A DNA stretch of 64,000 nt from Balanoglossus misakiensis (taxonomy: Eukaryota > Animalia > Hemichordata): positions 12,164,894 through 12,228,893 of the forward strand of contig CM082589.2 of NCBI GenBank assembly GCA_040954595.2, given 5' to 3'. The notes under the pieces are model-generated. The model had not been told where the DNA came from, searched no databases, and saw nothing but the letters and a program-made list of their open reading frames with translations. Each line of letters starts with the position of its first letter. Position 1 is the first letter of the stretch. Below, in pieces: positions 36,503-51,264 of this stretch. A program made the translations under genes and the position numbers.

Positions 36503-39500
36503 TCAAACAAGTGAGTATATACTTTCAAGACACCCTGCAAACAAACAAGCAATCTTTATTCCGTAGATCTTTAAGCATATTTATGCATTGTATATTTTGA
36601 TGTGAAACTTCAAATTTTATTGGTCTTGTTGCCAAACTTCTGAAGAAATGAGGATATTGTTTTGAAGGGTATTTTATCAGTAGATAACAAATACCATGGC
36701 CCTCCATGCAAATACCCACATGGTAAATTAAAACTGTTACAGGTGTATTTGATTTAAGCAATAAAACACCCCCAGCCATGGTATACCACGAGATTTTGAC
36801 CAGTTCACGACATATACGCACGAGCGATAGCGAGTGCGTATATGGAGTTGAACTGGTCAAAATCGAGTGGTATACCATGGCTGGGGGTGTTTTATTGCTA
36901 TTATATTATGCCAGTATATTGAAACTTTGCATAAAACATTTTAAAAAGGCATTTTCTTTGACTATGATATATGACTGTGGTATATGGCTAATATATCCTG
37001 GTCACGTGTCGTGTCTCGACCAATCAAATAGCGTGATTTACACCATCAATATACTGGTATAATATAATTCCACATATGGATTACATGTGGGATAATATTG
37101 GGTGCTGGCAGTTTCAGTAAATGAACTGCTCTTAAAAGTTGGGTGTCAGGGCACCCTTGACTTCTTATTGTTCAGTTATACATTTAGGAGGCTCAGTTAT
37201 AGGAGAACCCGATAGAACCACAGCTGTAGGAATTAGGGAAATGGTCATACCCTAAAAAACTTATGTCACTACTATTTTTTTTTCATGCCATTGAAACAGA
37301 ACAAACTCCATGTAGGCCAAGTCCATGCCTGAACAATGGGCGGTGTACTCAGCTGTCTTGTACAACTTATGAGTGTACTTGTCCAGGATGTTTCACCGGC
37401 ACACACTGCAGCCAGTGTAAAACTCATTAAAACAAACATTTGTCATGCAGGAACTAACATTTACAATCATGTCTCAATACATTGTCTGTTGGTCATACTT
37501 TATATTTTCATCTTCAGCATCACACCTTGGTCCTTGGGAATCGGTCACCTCAAAAATGATGTACAGCTGAAAGAAAACATGTTTATTTGAAGAAAAAACT
37601 GTTGATCGTTCATGAAAATTTTCCCTACACAAGATACATATACAGAGATTTTCATAGCCCCATAAGTGCGTCCCAGAATGAGCAAGTTGTTTTTGGAAGT
37701 GAAGTTCCGTTCAGTATTTACAGTAATGGTAATGATGATGTTTTCATCAAACAGATTTTGAAAGTAAATATTGCTGAGATAACATTAGGTTGCACTTTTT
37801 ATTGCAGTCCAAGATCCAGGCCAGCGAAACAGCTGTCTCAACGGGGCTGTATGTAATGCAGTGGCCAACTCCTGCACGGCATATACCTGTGCCTGTACTG
37901 GTTGCTATGAGGGTAACCGTTGTGAAATATGTAAGTTTCTGACGTACCGTAAATGACAATCTTTTGGGCACTTTCTCTTCATGGCAATTGAATTGTGTGG
38001 TAACTTCTCATTTCTAAAATTTCCCCAAGAGAAAAGAAAGGAAAAGGAAACAGAAATTTCATTTGTATGTCCGTGCAATTTAGGATAGGCACGAACTTGT
38101 GAGGAAGTGTACGAAGTTGGATGTTTTCATCACTCAAATATACAAGAGTTGCCTCTTGAAGACTAGTGTCTGTAGAGATAATTGTGCATGTGAGGTAATC
38201 TCTCCTAAGGTGGTGCACACCTCTTAGTATTAAGTAAAAGAGACGTCCTTAATTATCCTTACTATTTGGCTTGAAAAATCAATCTTACTAGGTGTTCTGA
38301 TTAGAGAGGTGTCCATAAAGACAGGTTTTACTGTATTACCCAAAATAGAGACATTGTCCCTTCATCATATACTTAATGCGTGTTCTGGGTATGGTTCCAG
38401 TATAATGCTTGTGTCAAAGGATTTTGTTGTGGTGCAGGAATCATCTTTGGTTGAGGTGTAGCCATCTGCATTTCATGTGTTTTAAACTATTTTTTTTTCT
38501 GATTGTCATTAACCCATGTGATCAGAATCCGTGTCAAAATGGAGGCTATTGTTCCAAAACACCAAATTCTTATACTGACTACACCTGTTACTGCCAGTAG
38601 TGTTGGACTGGGGCCATCTGTGCCGTAGGTGTGTCGAATTACTGTTTTATGACACAGCGTGGTATATAAACCCTCATTTTTGGTATTCTCAATGTGATAG
38701 ATGGACCCATACACCAATAAATGGGGTGGAAGCATTACTAAGTTTCATCCTTTCAAAATTTGCTGATGTAGGGTCAAAATTGAGTGTGAGGTGCATGTTA
38801 AAAAGGAAAGCCTTCTGTATCATGTTGATGGCACATTTTTTTAATTTTTCAAGATTCTTACAGAAAAATCCTAGCAATAGCATCATTATGTTATTTTAAA
38901 TGTAAAGGTTTGAAACAAGGAATGAAGACATTGCTCACATATTTAAACGAAATGAACATCACAAGTACATGTACAAGTTTTTGACAAGCAGGTAATTGAT
39001 ACTTTCCTTTTTGTTTTGGCAGCCATTGATCAGTTATACCCTATGCCTTGTCAAAATGGTGGCACATGCGTTGCGTGAGACGGCTGTTTCCTGTTTGACT
39101 GTATGTGTACCGAATGCTTCACTGGTGCCACATGTACAATGCGTAAGTACTAACCAATATTATTTTATTCAATGCAAAACACTTGTTATATATTATATAA
39201 TATAAGTACGGTACACATATTAAAGCCCTGGTAACTCAAACTTTGGGCTAGCTTAATGTTATCACTATTTTTGTTTTCGGTTGCAACTGTGGTTTCTTGT
39301 CACACTCTAAAGGATTTCACAGCATTTGGTTTTTCAAAACAGCCCTTTGGTTGTTGTCATGTATACATGTACATGACTGTGGAGTGTAGTTTGTAGATTC
39401 TGTAATTTTGACAATATCTTGACTGCACATCCCACAGCTGTCAACCAGTGTCAACCCATCCAGTGTCGGAATGGTGGAAACTGTGTGCTGACGCCCAATT

Positions 39501-42500
39501 GGTGTACTGAATTCACATGCTCCTGTACAAGCTGTTACTCCGGCGATTTATGTCAGACATGTGAGTGATTTTAAATTTCAGATGAAGAGGAACATAATAA
39601 CATAACACATAATCGGCTTGCAGTTGGTTTCTTCCAACCTGTATCAAACAGTGAATAACGACACAATTTTGGGGAAATTTATTAAGAATGTGTGTGCCAT
39701 AAAAGGGGATTGTGTATTTGACCAAATAACAACCTGCACCGTATGGTACACTAAGACACTATTACACCTGTGTCAAAATTTCATTACGTTTCTTTTGTTG
39801 AACATGGAAGAAATTTGTCACAGTGATGTTCTGTTGACCAACTGAGATTTTTACCACTCAACCCTGACTGCACAAATCTGTTTAAAGTATATGTAGTAAA
39901 TATTAACTGTACACAATTTATATCACTTTCTCTTCTGTGCACAGATTTGAATCCGTGTCAGCCCAACCCTTGTCTAAACAGTGGATTCTGCCAGCAAGTG
40001 TCCTGCACCGAGTTCAGATGCCAGAGTCCACGCTGTTTCATCGGAACCACGTGCGCTGAACGTAAGCAAACCAGTGTCAGATTTCCCGCACAAAGTAGAA
40101 ATCGCTGGGCTTTGTCATTGATATTGTCTCAATAAAGTTGCCTGTGATTGTGCAGCTAACCAAGAGACTTATATGCACTACGGTAGCCATGATGAATACT
40201 TTCATTGACTCAAATGCTCATCAGTGTAGATGTTGCTATTTTTCCAACCGTAAATTGAAACATCAGAAAGTTATGACATCAACTACCCCCACCCCCACCC
40301 CACCCACCCCCAACTAGTAAATATTATAAGATTCAGTAATTATGATAAAGATGGTAGCACCAAGCTTGGATCAAGTGGTCTTCATTATCCTTCACACATG
40401 AACATGATCACACGGATGTGCAATCTTCTGACAGTCTGCTACAGATTTCACTTCCCACTCAAGTGTGTAAGACCCTAATGTGATACTTTTCATTTCTCTC
40501 ACCCTTAGCGATCAACCAGTGTCTTCTAAACCCATGTCTGAATAACGGAGTGTATCAGCCACTTCAAGGCTCCTGCTCAATCTACACCTGCAACTGTCCA
40601 ACCTGCTACACTGGGCAAACATGTGTTACATGTAAGTCACAAGTTTTTAGGTCCCATTGGTATGTACCATGGGAACTTATGGGATTGGTTACGTCTGTAT
40701 GTATGGATGGATGGATGGATGTATGTCTGTATGTCCGTCCACATGAAAAACTTGAAAACCGCAGCGCGTTTGACCTCGATATTTGGCGTGTAGATGCAGG
40801 CAGGGCTGTAGATGGGAGTTTGTTCAAATGAAGATGTCATTGCCAAAAATATGCAAATTAGCTGGGAAAATGTGAAATTGGTCAAAACTCAAAAACTGGA
40901 CAACCACTGGTCATATTGATTTGAAAAATGGTATGCATGTACCTTATATCAACCTCATACAACCCTGTATGTTTTGAGCTAATATTATCGATTTCCTATT
41001 TTTTTTGCATTTTTTTGTATTTTTCCATGTTATTGGTAAAAGTCTTTGAAATTTAGTATGAAGCCTCCTAATGTTGTCTAAGTAACCATAGTTTTGTTCA
41101 AATTGTTGCAAAATTTGCATATCTATAATTTTGAGCATTATTTGCCATTTTTGGTCAAAAAATGTTTTTCTTTAAAACCTCATGCCAGATTGCTTTGCAA
41201 TTTGGTAGGCATGTTCGTAGGGGTAACCTAAATAATATGTTGTAAAAAATGTGATATTTGCATAAATGTGTTATCGGGGAAACTTTTGCAATTTTTGTCA
41301 AAAATTGTTTTCACTGAAACCGCTTGTCCTATTGCATTGAACTTAGGCAGCATGTTCCTTGTAGTGATTGAAGTAAGATATTGTACAATTTTGGTGATAT
41401 TTTCATATTTGTGTTTTTGCCACTTTTGAACAAATATTTTCTGTGAAACTGCTTGTTGGATTGCTTTGAAATTAGTTTTTTCTCTGATTGCTTTGAAATT
41501 TAGGATATAATTTCATAACACATACCTGTATATGTGCAACTTTTATTCAATTCTGAGATCAGAAAGATTAAATATTTAGCGAGTTTTTTTGGTAAGTTTC
41601 TTTGTTTTTGGTTAGCAAATCTTCTCCTAAACAAATTGTCCAGTTGTTTTTAAAGTTACTATTTACAAGGAGTTGTTACCTCGAACAAAGACATGTTTAC
41701 ATAACTTAAATAGGCCAGCTGTTACAGAGACCACCAGCTATCACATTTTAATTACCAGTGGCAGGTCAGTGTGTGTCTGTTCCAGGGCTGACTGAAAGAA
41801 GTTGCTTCGCATATGTGTTTGTGTACAGACAATTTTTGGTCAATTTCTTTTTCTAGCACCACTTGTAAGACTGCCATGACACATGACAGTTTATTGGGCA
41901 TGTTCCTTGTTAATGTTTTTACATTGCATATTTCTATATGGTCAGATCATAAGTGCTTGCAAATGTCACCTGTAATTTTTATTCTGCTGTGTCACTGTTT
42001 CCGCATAATCCTCAAATGTCATCAGATCTCCGAATGTGATGAAAACAGTGTGTTTTGAGTGGGTTTTTTTAATGACCTTTTGGGTTAAAAGTGGCAAAAA
42101 TGGCAATTTTGTCTTCAAAGGGGTCAATAAGACTGACTTTTTTGGAATCAGCACCATTTTTTACATTGAATGGACTAGTCTGCTCAAACTTTCCTTACCA
42201 AAAATTCTGTTTAATCTTCTGTAACATGTATACTAGTGTACATGTAGCTGCCTGATAGTTTGCCCTGTGTGTGTAATTGCTGAGTGACATAACGCATTCT
42301 GTGATTGATGCAGTCACGTAACCACCAATCGAACGATTGTTATAAGGAGAACTGCACGACCTTTAACCGCATTAGCATACCTGATTTTTAGGGCTCGATA
42401 TTACCTCTGAGGACGCAATATTTAAGTTGAAGTTTTTTTATTTTATCATATTAGAGCAAGAAGACTTGTCTTTTATGTAAAAGAAATAGACCCTAATATA

Positions 42501-43191
42501 CAGAGTGCATTTTGAAACGATAGGCAGTTCCGGCCCATAGCCTAATTCTTCATTTTTCTGTCATGCGTAGGAATTGATTAGTGCTAACAACCCATGTCAA
42601 AATGGCAGCACTTGCCAACCCTAACCTCGTGTGTGGCATTGACGTGCACCTGCCAAGGATGCTTTACTTGGAGCGCTGTGAAAATTGTCAGTCAGTTTCT
42701 TTTGTCAAATTAATCAATATGTGTGGGACTGCTATACATGTATATAAAACAGAATACTGCGATGGAAAATTCTATAACTTAATGTTTCAGTGGATATATG
42801 ACTTAAAGTTAGCAGTATGCAGTGAATTCAACAGAAAGTGTAATTTCCTCTTGTGTGAGCTCTGTGCGACTGTGCCAATGAAAATCTCACCACAAACAAA
42901 AATGACAGGTATACACTGTATATTAGCAGCTTTGTCTCTGTAATAGCCATAGTGTTTTGAAGTTGAAAACTTGCAAAGTGTGCAGTTTTATTCACACTAC
43001 AAAGGAAACATTGTTGAAACGGATTATCTGTGTACATTGTCAAACTGTACACTTGTCGCGAGATTTATTCTCAATTATATTACTAGTATATCATGCTACC
43101 GTCTGCAACTCTGATTGGACGAGAGCTAAATCCAGCGATGCTAAAATACTCAATAATGCACTGCTGGCAGTGGTAAAACGGGCTTTCTGTT

Positions 43192-43510
43192 TGCCACATG
43201 GGTTTGTTCTTTAGGTTGTTGTATGTGTTTACACCCATCATGTTTATTGTAGAACCAGGGTCGATCAGTGAGGCAACTGCTGTTTGTTCTATCTGCACTG
43301 TTACTCGAGGCCTCCTGCCATTTGATTGTTGTACAGTGAAGCAGTATTCATCTCCCGAGCTGTCTTCCACTTTATGCACAGCTTTGACAGTTTTATCCTT
43401 GTCTACCCTATTTGCCTTGCCTTTTGAATGGTAGCATTTGGCTAAATGGTTAGGTTTGCCACACTTCCTGCATGACTTGCCTTTAGCTGGACATACTGAG
43501 TCATGTGGTA
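43192..43510 (-). mobile_element. Gypsy gag/protease fragment, copy 3
   Basis: ORF 43083-43514 is identical to that of copy 1. Confidence 0.83.
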
Positions 43511-46500
43511 CCATTATTAAAATAGGGGCCAGTCATCAAAACGTAAGTGAGCCAAAAAACTACAGGTCAGATAAATTGTTTTCTCGTAAATTCAACATTA
43601 GAATCAAATTTGGCGTTGGAAACAAACGGCGGGTCGCCAGTTCCTGGTCTGGAGGCTGGTAGAGTCACGTCTTGAAGACTGGCCCCTATTTTAATAATGG
43701 CATTGTCATGACCGGCCAACCTTTGACCTCGGAGACCACAATGTAGAGCTATCGATCAGCTTTTCGCGTTTCAATCAAACATTGCAATCACGGGCTAAAA
43801 TCACTAACTAGTTGATACCTTTTTCGGTGTTTCATCTAACCTTTGAAAGGAGTATAATAAAAATGAAATGACCGCACGTAATGTGCATTTCTTGTTCACG
43901 TGTGGGGACTATATGTGTGCGTAATGATCCAAATGCAAGGGGTCGTGTGAACAGGCCTTAAATAATGAGTTTGCGTTAAATAATGAGTTTGCGTTAAATA
44001 ATAAGTTGACAAACGGCGCGAGTGCATTTTTTCATGGTTTAGAAATCACTTATTTATATATAATTCATTATATAATGTAAATCACTCATGATATATATAT
44101 AATAGACTTGCACTTAAATTATTTATAAATCACTCATGATATATATATAATACACTTAAATTTTTTTTATTTATAAATAATTAATTATATATAAATAATT
44201 ATGTACATCACTCATGATATATATATAATAGACTGACACTGACATTGTTTATAAATAATTTATTATATATAAATAAAAGAGCATAAAATACATTTTATGT
44301 ATATAATTGAATCGACTTGAAATTATTTATAAATAAATTGTCAGGACTTAAATGGTTTGCAAATCTATAATTACATACATATAAGTATGTTAAATAACGA
44401 CTTTTGAACAAATAATTTAGCTAAATAATAAGTTAACACATGGCACCCCATACAAACATTACGTCCAGTCCAAATATTCTGCCAATTTTACATCCAATGC
44501 ATTCAAATAGTGGACTGCTTCGCTTTCATCCAGTTTTCATGTGCATCGTATAAGTAGACTTTTGTTTTGTCCCGTCTTTTCACCGAATTTGCTCTTTTCC
44601 AAATCTCCGACACAGACTATGATCGTCACATTCTTGTCTGTTGTTAGAACAGCACACTGCCATATGGCATTGACTGTATACAGTTTCTGTTACCAATATC
44701 TCTGGTTTGGCATTTTCCTGTCCTCAATCTTTTGCCAGGGATTTTTGTGTCCCCAACCCGCGTGAGAATCCCACGTCTTTGAAGGTATGACTGTGACTAT
44801 AAGATTCTATAAATCTCTGTTTATTTTCAGCACAAACATCATGTGCTGATTGCCCAGCTGGTAACCAATGTCCAAATGGTAACACTGTGATTTTATGCTC
44901 GGCTGGTTATTACAGTTCGGCCTTGGACAAAGGATGTCTCGCTGTACCTCTTGCATAACAGGTAAACTTCTACCCACCAACCTTTATTTCCAACATCAAA
45001 CATTAGGTCAGGTAATTTACTAACTGAAAAATAGGATGGGAACATTTTCCATTTCTGTATTTAAAATTTACTGATATAATATATGAATGAAAAAATGACA
45101 ATTTTTCCAAATTTGAATAGACCTCTATTTATGAAAATAATTAAAATTTGCGCCAATTTTTTACAGTGGTATTCAAAGGTTAACTTGGTGTGTATATTCT
45201 TTGTTTGATTTACAGATCAGCCGGTGCTGAACAGTGTACTATTTGTGAGCAAGGGTACGCCTGCACAGATCCCAGTGCATCGCAATTCAAGTGTACCAAG
45301 GGTTACGTGTCATTGGCTGGTGCAACAAACTGTACCAGATGTACAAATGGTAAGATTGTGGTACTTGTTCAGTTTGCTGTGTGATGAAACTGAGTGGTAT
45401 GTGTGTATGCATGTATGTGTTTACAACAGATTTTCAAGTCATTGCGACTGGGGTTATGTATGTGTGTGTATGTATGTATGTATGTGTTTACAACAGATTA
45501 TCAACTCAGTGCGAAATCTTGCGAGACCCGGTTAGCCATGTGAGATCTCGCAGAGTCTTATGATATTCAGAAAATGGTTGATTAGAAATGACGTTTAATG
45601 TCCTCCAAAGAATTTTCTACATGCCCGTATACTTGTCTCAGAATTATGAAGTGAATCATCTCAAGTAATTTGTTATTTTAAATGACACTGTATCACAAAT
45701 ACTTCACTAAAAACCTCATTTTCTTTAATCAGATGAAATAAGTGAGGAGCCTGCACGCACATCCCGTCTTCTGTGCCCTGCTGGACAATCGTGTTCAGAT
45801 CCAATGTAAGATCCGCTTGACTGTGGCAATGGTGAATATGCTATGGAAGGCGACGGCACATGCACGCCTTGTCCAGCAGGATCCAAGTGTCCAACCATGT
45901 CACCCGTAGTTGATTGTTCAACAGTTACTGGTAAGTTGGGCTGCAAATTACTCTTATGACTTCCCTGTGTTATAGCATGACATACACAGAAAATTAAACT
46001 GTTATGCTCATTGGAGTTGATATTGTGATGCACTTTGAAAAACACAATGATTCCACTGAAGAGGTATTGTACAGTAACACCTGTGATTACGGACATCTCT
46101 CTAATAAGGGATCGTTGGACCAAACCAATCGTTCTTTGAATTTTTTCTGTGATAGGTTCATACTCGCTAGGTTCGGCCAAGTCCTTCTGGTTATGAATGC
46201 ACAACTACAAATGTCACACAGTGCGCTACAGGGAAGTAAAGTGTTGAAGGAGGTAAGTCTTGAAATCTCTTTTCTTCTGGTCTCGATTTGAACATGGTTC
46301 CACAAGTTGTTTACATCACTTGTAGTTTTACATATTTTTTTAGTTCAACAGCTATGCTATACATGGTGTCCTGAGAAGTCGACCAGTATGAGAAGTCGGT
46401 ATCGGCCAGTACGAGAAGTCGGCCTGTGGGAGAGAACCCTGGTACTTTGTGTTATATATAACTGTTTCACTACGAAATGTTTCCTTGATGTACAGGAGCT

Positions 46501-48804
46501 GAGATATTTGTACAAATAGCCGATGAATTTTAAAACTGTCTGTTCACTTTTCATGTACGTCACCGGGGTACGTCAACATCAGTCACCTGCACTTCTTGAG
46601 CTGCGCCAGTAGTCTGTTCCTTGTCACGTTTGTTTGTTTGTTTGTTTGGTGTTGTCTCAGAAAGTATGAATATACACATACATCTTCTATGTATTTTAGT
46701 AGGCTTTGAAACAACTCCCTTTAATCAGAAATGTCACAGGAATTTGGCGAACAACCTAAGCTCCTTACGCGGATACGGGGATGGGGAACTGGTACGGATG
46801 CCAGACGCCATTATTTGAAATGACGCCATTGTGTTGTCAAGAATTTGGGAAATCCGTCCAAATGAAAATATTTAGTGCAATTATATTTTATTAAGTGTTG
46901 TTATAAGTAATCTGGGTCATCACTGCACTATTCGGGTACAAGTTCAACAACTGGCCGACTTCTCATACGCGCGTAGTGGCTGACTTCTAATCTGGCCGAC
47001 TTCTCATGTATTCCTATACATTAGTGAAAATTGGGGAAACTGGTGTTTTCAGACAACTTATGAAGTCCCTTTCGCAATATTAACTCTAAAACAGCGGGTG
47101 ATATTCCTTTTAAAATTTAACCAAATAAGCATACTTGAACTCTGTCATATCGGCAAAACACTCACTACACAAGCTGCTGTTATTCTACAGACATGACATG
47201 TGCTGATTGCGGCGTAGGTAACTACTGTCCAGATGGGTCAGACAGCCCCATTCCTTGTCCATCAAGTTATTATGCTGACACAGCCACAGAAGTATCCTGT
47301 ACCCCTTGCGATCCAGGCTGTCAGTGTGCAGCAACATCACCCACTTGCCTGCACATCAAGAACCTACTCTCTGGGACCATCAACAACATGTACTCCCCTT
47401 CTACCAGGTTTGTAGTCGTCTTAGTCGTAAAAACATATTTAAGGTGTTGGGCACCTCGAAATAAAGGGTCGTCTGATCATGTTAAAATTAATACTGATGA
47501 TACTATGACTTCTAAACATTTAATCTATGGAATAAAAATTGGGGGTCAACCATCTAGAGTTTTGAAAAAGCGCCCTTTATCTAGCACCTCTTTCAGATTT
47601 TGCCAGGCTCGTAGATTTTTGTAAAATGGCCTCAAAAATAAGAATTTTGGAAGGTTTGTCATATTTTTTCACCATTGTAGAATCTAAATGTTCTGAATTA
47701 TTTTATTTTTAGCAATTTTGAGATTGCTTCATGTTCAGTATGATAATCGCATGTCAATACAACTGTTACATTAAAGGAAAAGTTCAAATCCGCCTAAAAC
47801 CACATTGCATTGGTACCTAGTTAAGTTGTCCTCACTTCTGACGCAAAATTTTGATGTGCAATGCACGTGTCTGTGAAATTGACGAATAAAAAAATTGTAT
47901 ACCAGTGCAAAATTAAAAACTCCCTGTGCAGCCTTCTTGGCAACTGCATGCTGGGAAAAGTACTCGGATGATGACGAAAAAGTTTCGGGGTTCCGGGTAG
48001 TGCTACCCCGGAATACAATGTTGGGTGCAGACTCCAACTATGGAAAAGAGATGCAGAATGTCATGTGATATAGTAGTGAAAACAAATACACGTTGGTTCA
48101 CGTATTTCAGCTCTCAGCAATCAGGGTGCATTAAAAGGCCTTGATTGGTGTGATATTCACAATTGATGATTATAAATACTTACAGTTGTATACTGTTTTA
48201 TTTTGTAAATATTGTGTACATTTGCAGCAATGAATCCGTGCGAACACAAACCTTAACCCATGCCGGAATGCTGGTACTTGCCAAGCAATCCAGGGATCTT
48301 GTACAGGCGTCACATGTCTATGTGCTGGCTGCTACCTGGGCTTCACATGTGAAACACGTGAGTACAGTACTTTGTCATTTATTAAAAAATCTAAGTGCTG
48401 AGGTACATTGTAGTAATAATAGCAGGTGTAGTCATTATCATCATCATCATCATCTTTAAGTCAGTCATATGATCGGTAATAAAAACAGTAAAATCACCAG
48501 TATAAAAACATAACAGAGAAATAATGAACGTGTACTGGTGTTACCATAGGTAACTGTTGTATAAAATTTTGAATTCCTGTCTTCCAGTTCCTAATCCATG
48601 CTTCACTAGTCCTTGTCTCAATGGAGGTACCTGCCAACAACAGGCAAATTCTTGTACTGCCACCATTGGCATGTGCACAGAGTGTTACTAGGGAAACAGG
48701 TGTGAGACAAGTAAGTTTGAATCTATAGCAGTTAATAATGATAATTATCATTTTTTTTTATTATGATTTAAACTTCACTGATGTTGTACAAACACAAAAA
48801 TAGA

Positions 48805-49137
48805 AATAATAATAATAATAATAATAATTTATTTGTATAGCGTCAGTATCCACAAAAAATGTGATCAATGACGCTTAAAGCAAAAGTACAATACAACACA
48901 ACAAATGGCTAAAAAACAGATTTAAAAAGTAAAGTTTTAACATTTGATTTAAAAACAGATAAGTCTGGTGCCTGGCGAATGGTGAGTGGAAGATTATTCC
49001 AAAGAATTGGAGCAGCAACAGTAAAAGCACGATCACCATAACTCTTGGTGCGTGATCGAACAGGGCAGAGTTTGAACTGATCAGCTGACCTCAAATTGCG
49101 ACACGGAACATATAGATTAGTCATGCTAGAAAGATAG
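48805..49137 (-). mobile_element. L2-type LINE 3' fragment, copy 4 (shortened by deletion)
   Basis: The LHWLP segment is deleted; ORF is 71 aa instead of 106 aa. Confidence 0.87.
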
Positions 49138-50144
49138 CACAGCAGCTTAGCTCTATTCCTTTTCCAAAGTGTTTGTTCTTTTAAACTACCTGTTTTTTAT
49201 TTATTCTGATTATGCTAATATGCTAATTTGTCGGTTTGTCACATCACAATTTTTGTAGGAAACTCACCCCTGGGAATTTTTTTCAGCCACTGACATACAT
49301 TCATAATCACATGACATTGATGATCATGGAAAATTTGACCCTTTTCCTTGTAGGACTCAACCAGTGTCCACCAAATCCGTGCCAGAATGGTGGCTTCTGT
49401 CAACCGGCTCGAAATTCCTGCTTTGATCTCACCTGCATATGTACTGGTTGCTACAAAGGTGATAGGTGTGAGATATGTAAGTATACAGCGCAGTCTCTTT
49501 TACCTTTTGTCTCTGATGCATTCAAATACTGCATGTTTCCTGAGCATAGGTGTAGCCATCACCACAGCAGAGCTTGGAGCGTTCTTGACATCGAATGCAA
49601 GATTACACTCTTCCCAATCAAAATCACTTTCGTAGCGCATAATGTCTTGATTGTCTTAGTTCAAGAAACATTATGCGCGACTGGCCAATTTTACAGCCTT
49701 TTGTCAACGCACATCCACTATGGAAATTCTCACTCCAGGCCAGATAGTGTAAATTTACATATGAGTCTACAGGTATGCTTGAAGTCAAGTCAAGCATTTG
49801 CAAGGAACCCTCCTCCAGTACACAGGTCTTTGATTTCATGAAGGGAAGCCCTTGCCTCACAGTCACTGCCACATGATCTATGGAGGTGTGAACAACTTGA
49901 TACCAGCCTAATATAAGTTGTAGGCACAATCACTCCACACACCCTTGCCATAATTCTGCAAGGTTTTTGCCATATCTGTACTGTAGAATGAGTAGCAAGG
50001 AATAAAATGGCGTCCTTTCTTAATTTCCAGTGCAAAACCCCTGTGATCCCAACCCATGTATGAATGGTGGATTTTGCCAGCAAACATCGTGCAATTTCTA
50101 TTCATGCCAGTGTGTGAACTCTTACACAGGTGACATCTGTCAAA

Positions 50145-51264
50145 CCATAGACCCTAGAGAAAGAAGGACGAGCAACTGCGGCAAAGATCAAAGGGTTTGG
50201 GGATTATCTGTATGATGATGTTCTTTTGCATATAATTAACACCCAGGACAGTTGGACAATGACTTCCTTACTTCGGCACGTGTCGACCCCACCAGTGATG
50301 CGAAAACTTGCCACCAAACTGACACTCCTGCATTTCAGCAGCCACTGCGTTTTTTTCTAAAATTCTAAAAGTATTACGATGTCTGTGCTAATTATTATGG
50401 TCGTCTGTCGGATGAACGGTCATTTCTAGTGCCACAAGCTTCATTTAAAAATTGTAAACAAATCATCCATGCCAAATTCCTGTTTAACTTGTGCAGATGT
50501 GTTCCATAAATGATTGCTGCGTTCAACCACGTTGCAGTTTTCTCGTCTTCTGCGAGATGTTCTAAGGTGTTTGTGATAACTTCACGCAAAACGCGAGACT
50601 TTGCGTTAGTTTATACACAGTTTATTTGCAAATTGGATTATTGGGATTTACCTGGAAATAATGTATGCAAAAGAACATCATTTCAAGAAAAAACTGGAGT
50701 TGCGCGTCCTTCTTGCATGTCCGACTGGGCACTCATATTTCTTGGTAACGCTGACACTTTTCGTAATAATTTTATGTTTGCGTGAAGCATTGAAACAAAA
50801 ATTGTGGTTTAGGGGCATTTTATTTCGCAGTGCGTGAACAATAAAACAGATTTCACGAAAACAATTTATAAACAAACTGGCTGGATTTTCATGTGTGCGC
50901 TATTGCCGCCAGGCAACCCTCGGTACGGTTAGCTCACAGCCTTGTGAAATACCCGGACTGTTAGACAAAAGATGCTTGTTTTGGACGCTGTCAGACTCAG
51001 AGGTGCCAAATTCCTGTTTAACTTGTGCAGATGTGTTCCATAAATGATTGCTGCGTTCAACCACGTTGCAGTTTTCTCGTCTTCTGCGAGATGTTCTAAG
51101 GTGTTTGTGATAACTTCAGGCAAAACGCGAGACTTTGCGTTAGTTTATACACAGTTTATTTGCAAATTGGATTATTGGGATTTACCTGGAAATAATGTAT
51201 GCAAAAGAACATCATTTCAAGAAAAAACTGGAGTTGCGCGTCCTTCTTTCTCTAGGGTCCATGG
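50145..51264. mobile_element. 1120-bp TIR element, copy 4
   Basis: Same TIR/TSD as 5578-6697. Confidence 0.9.

Larger units (their letters stand above)
29924..42686 (+). pseudogene. Cys-rich + 12xEGF pseudogene fragment, copy 3
   Basis: Near-identical to copy 1 (offset 29805-29807), same lesions. Confidence 0.87.
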
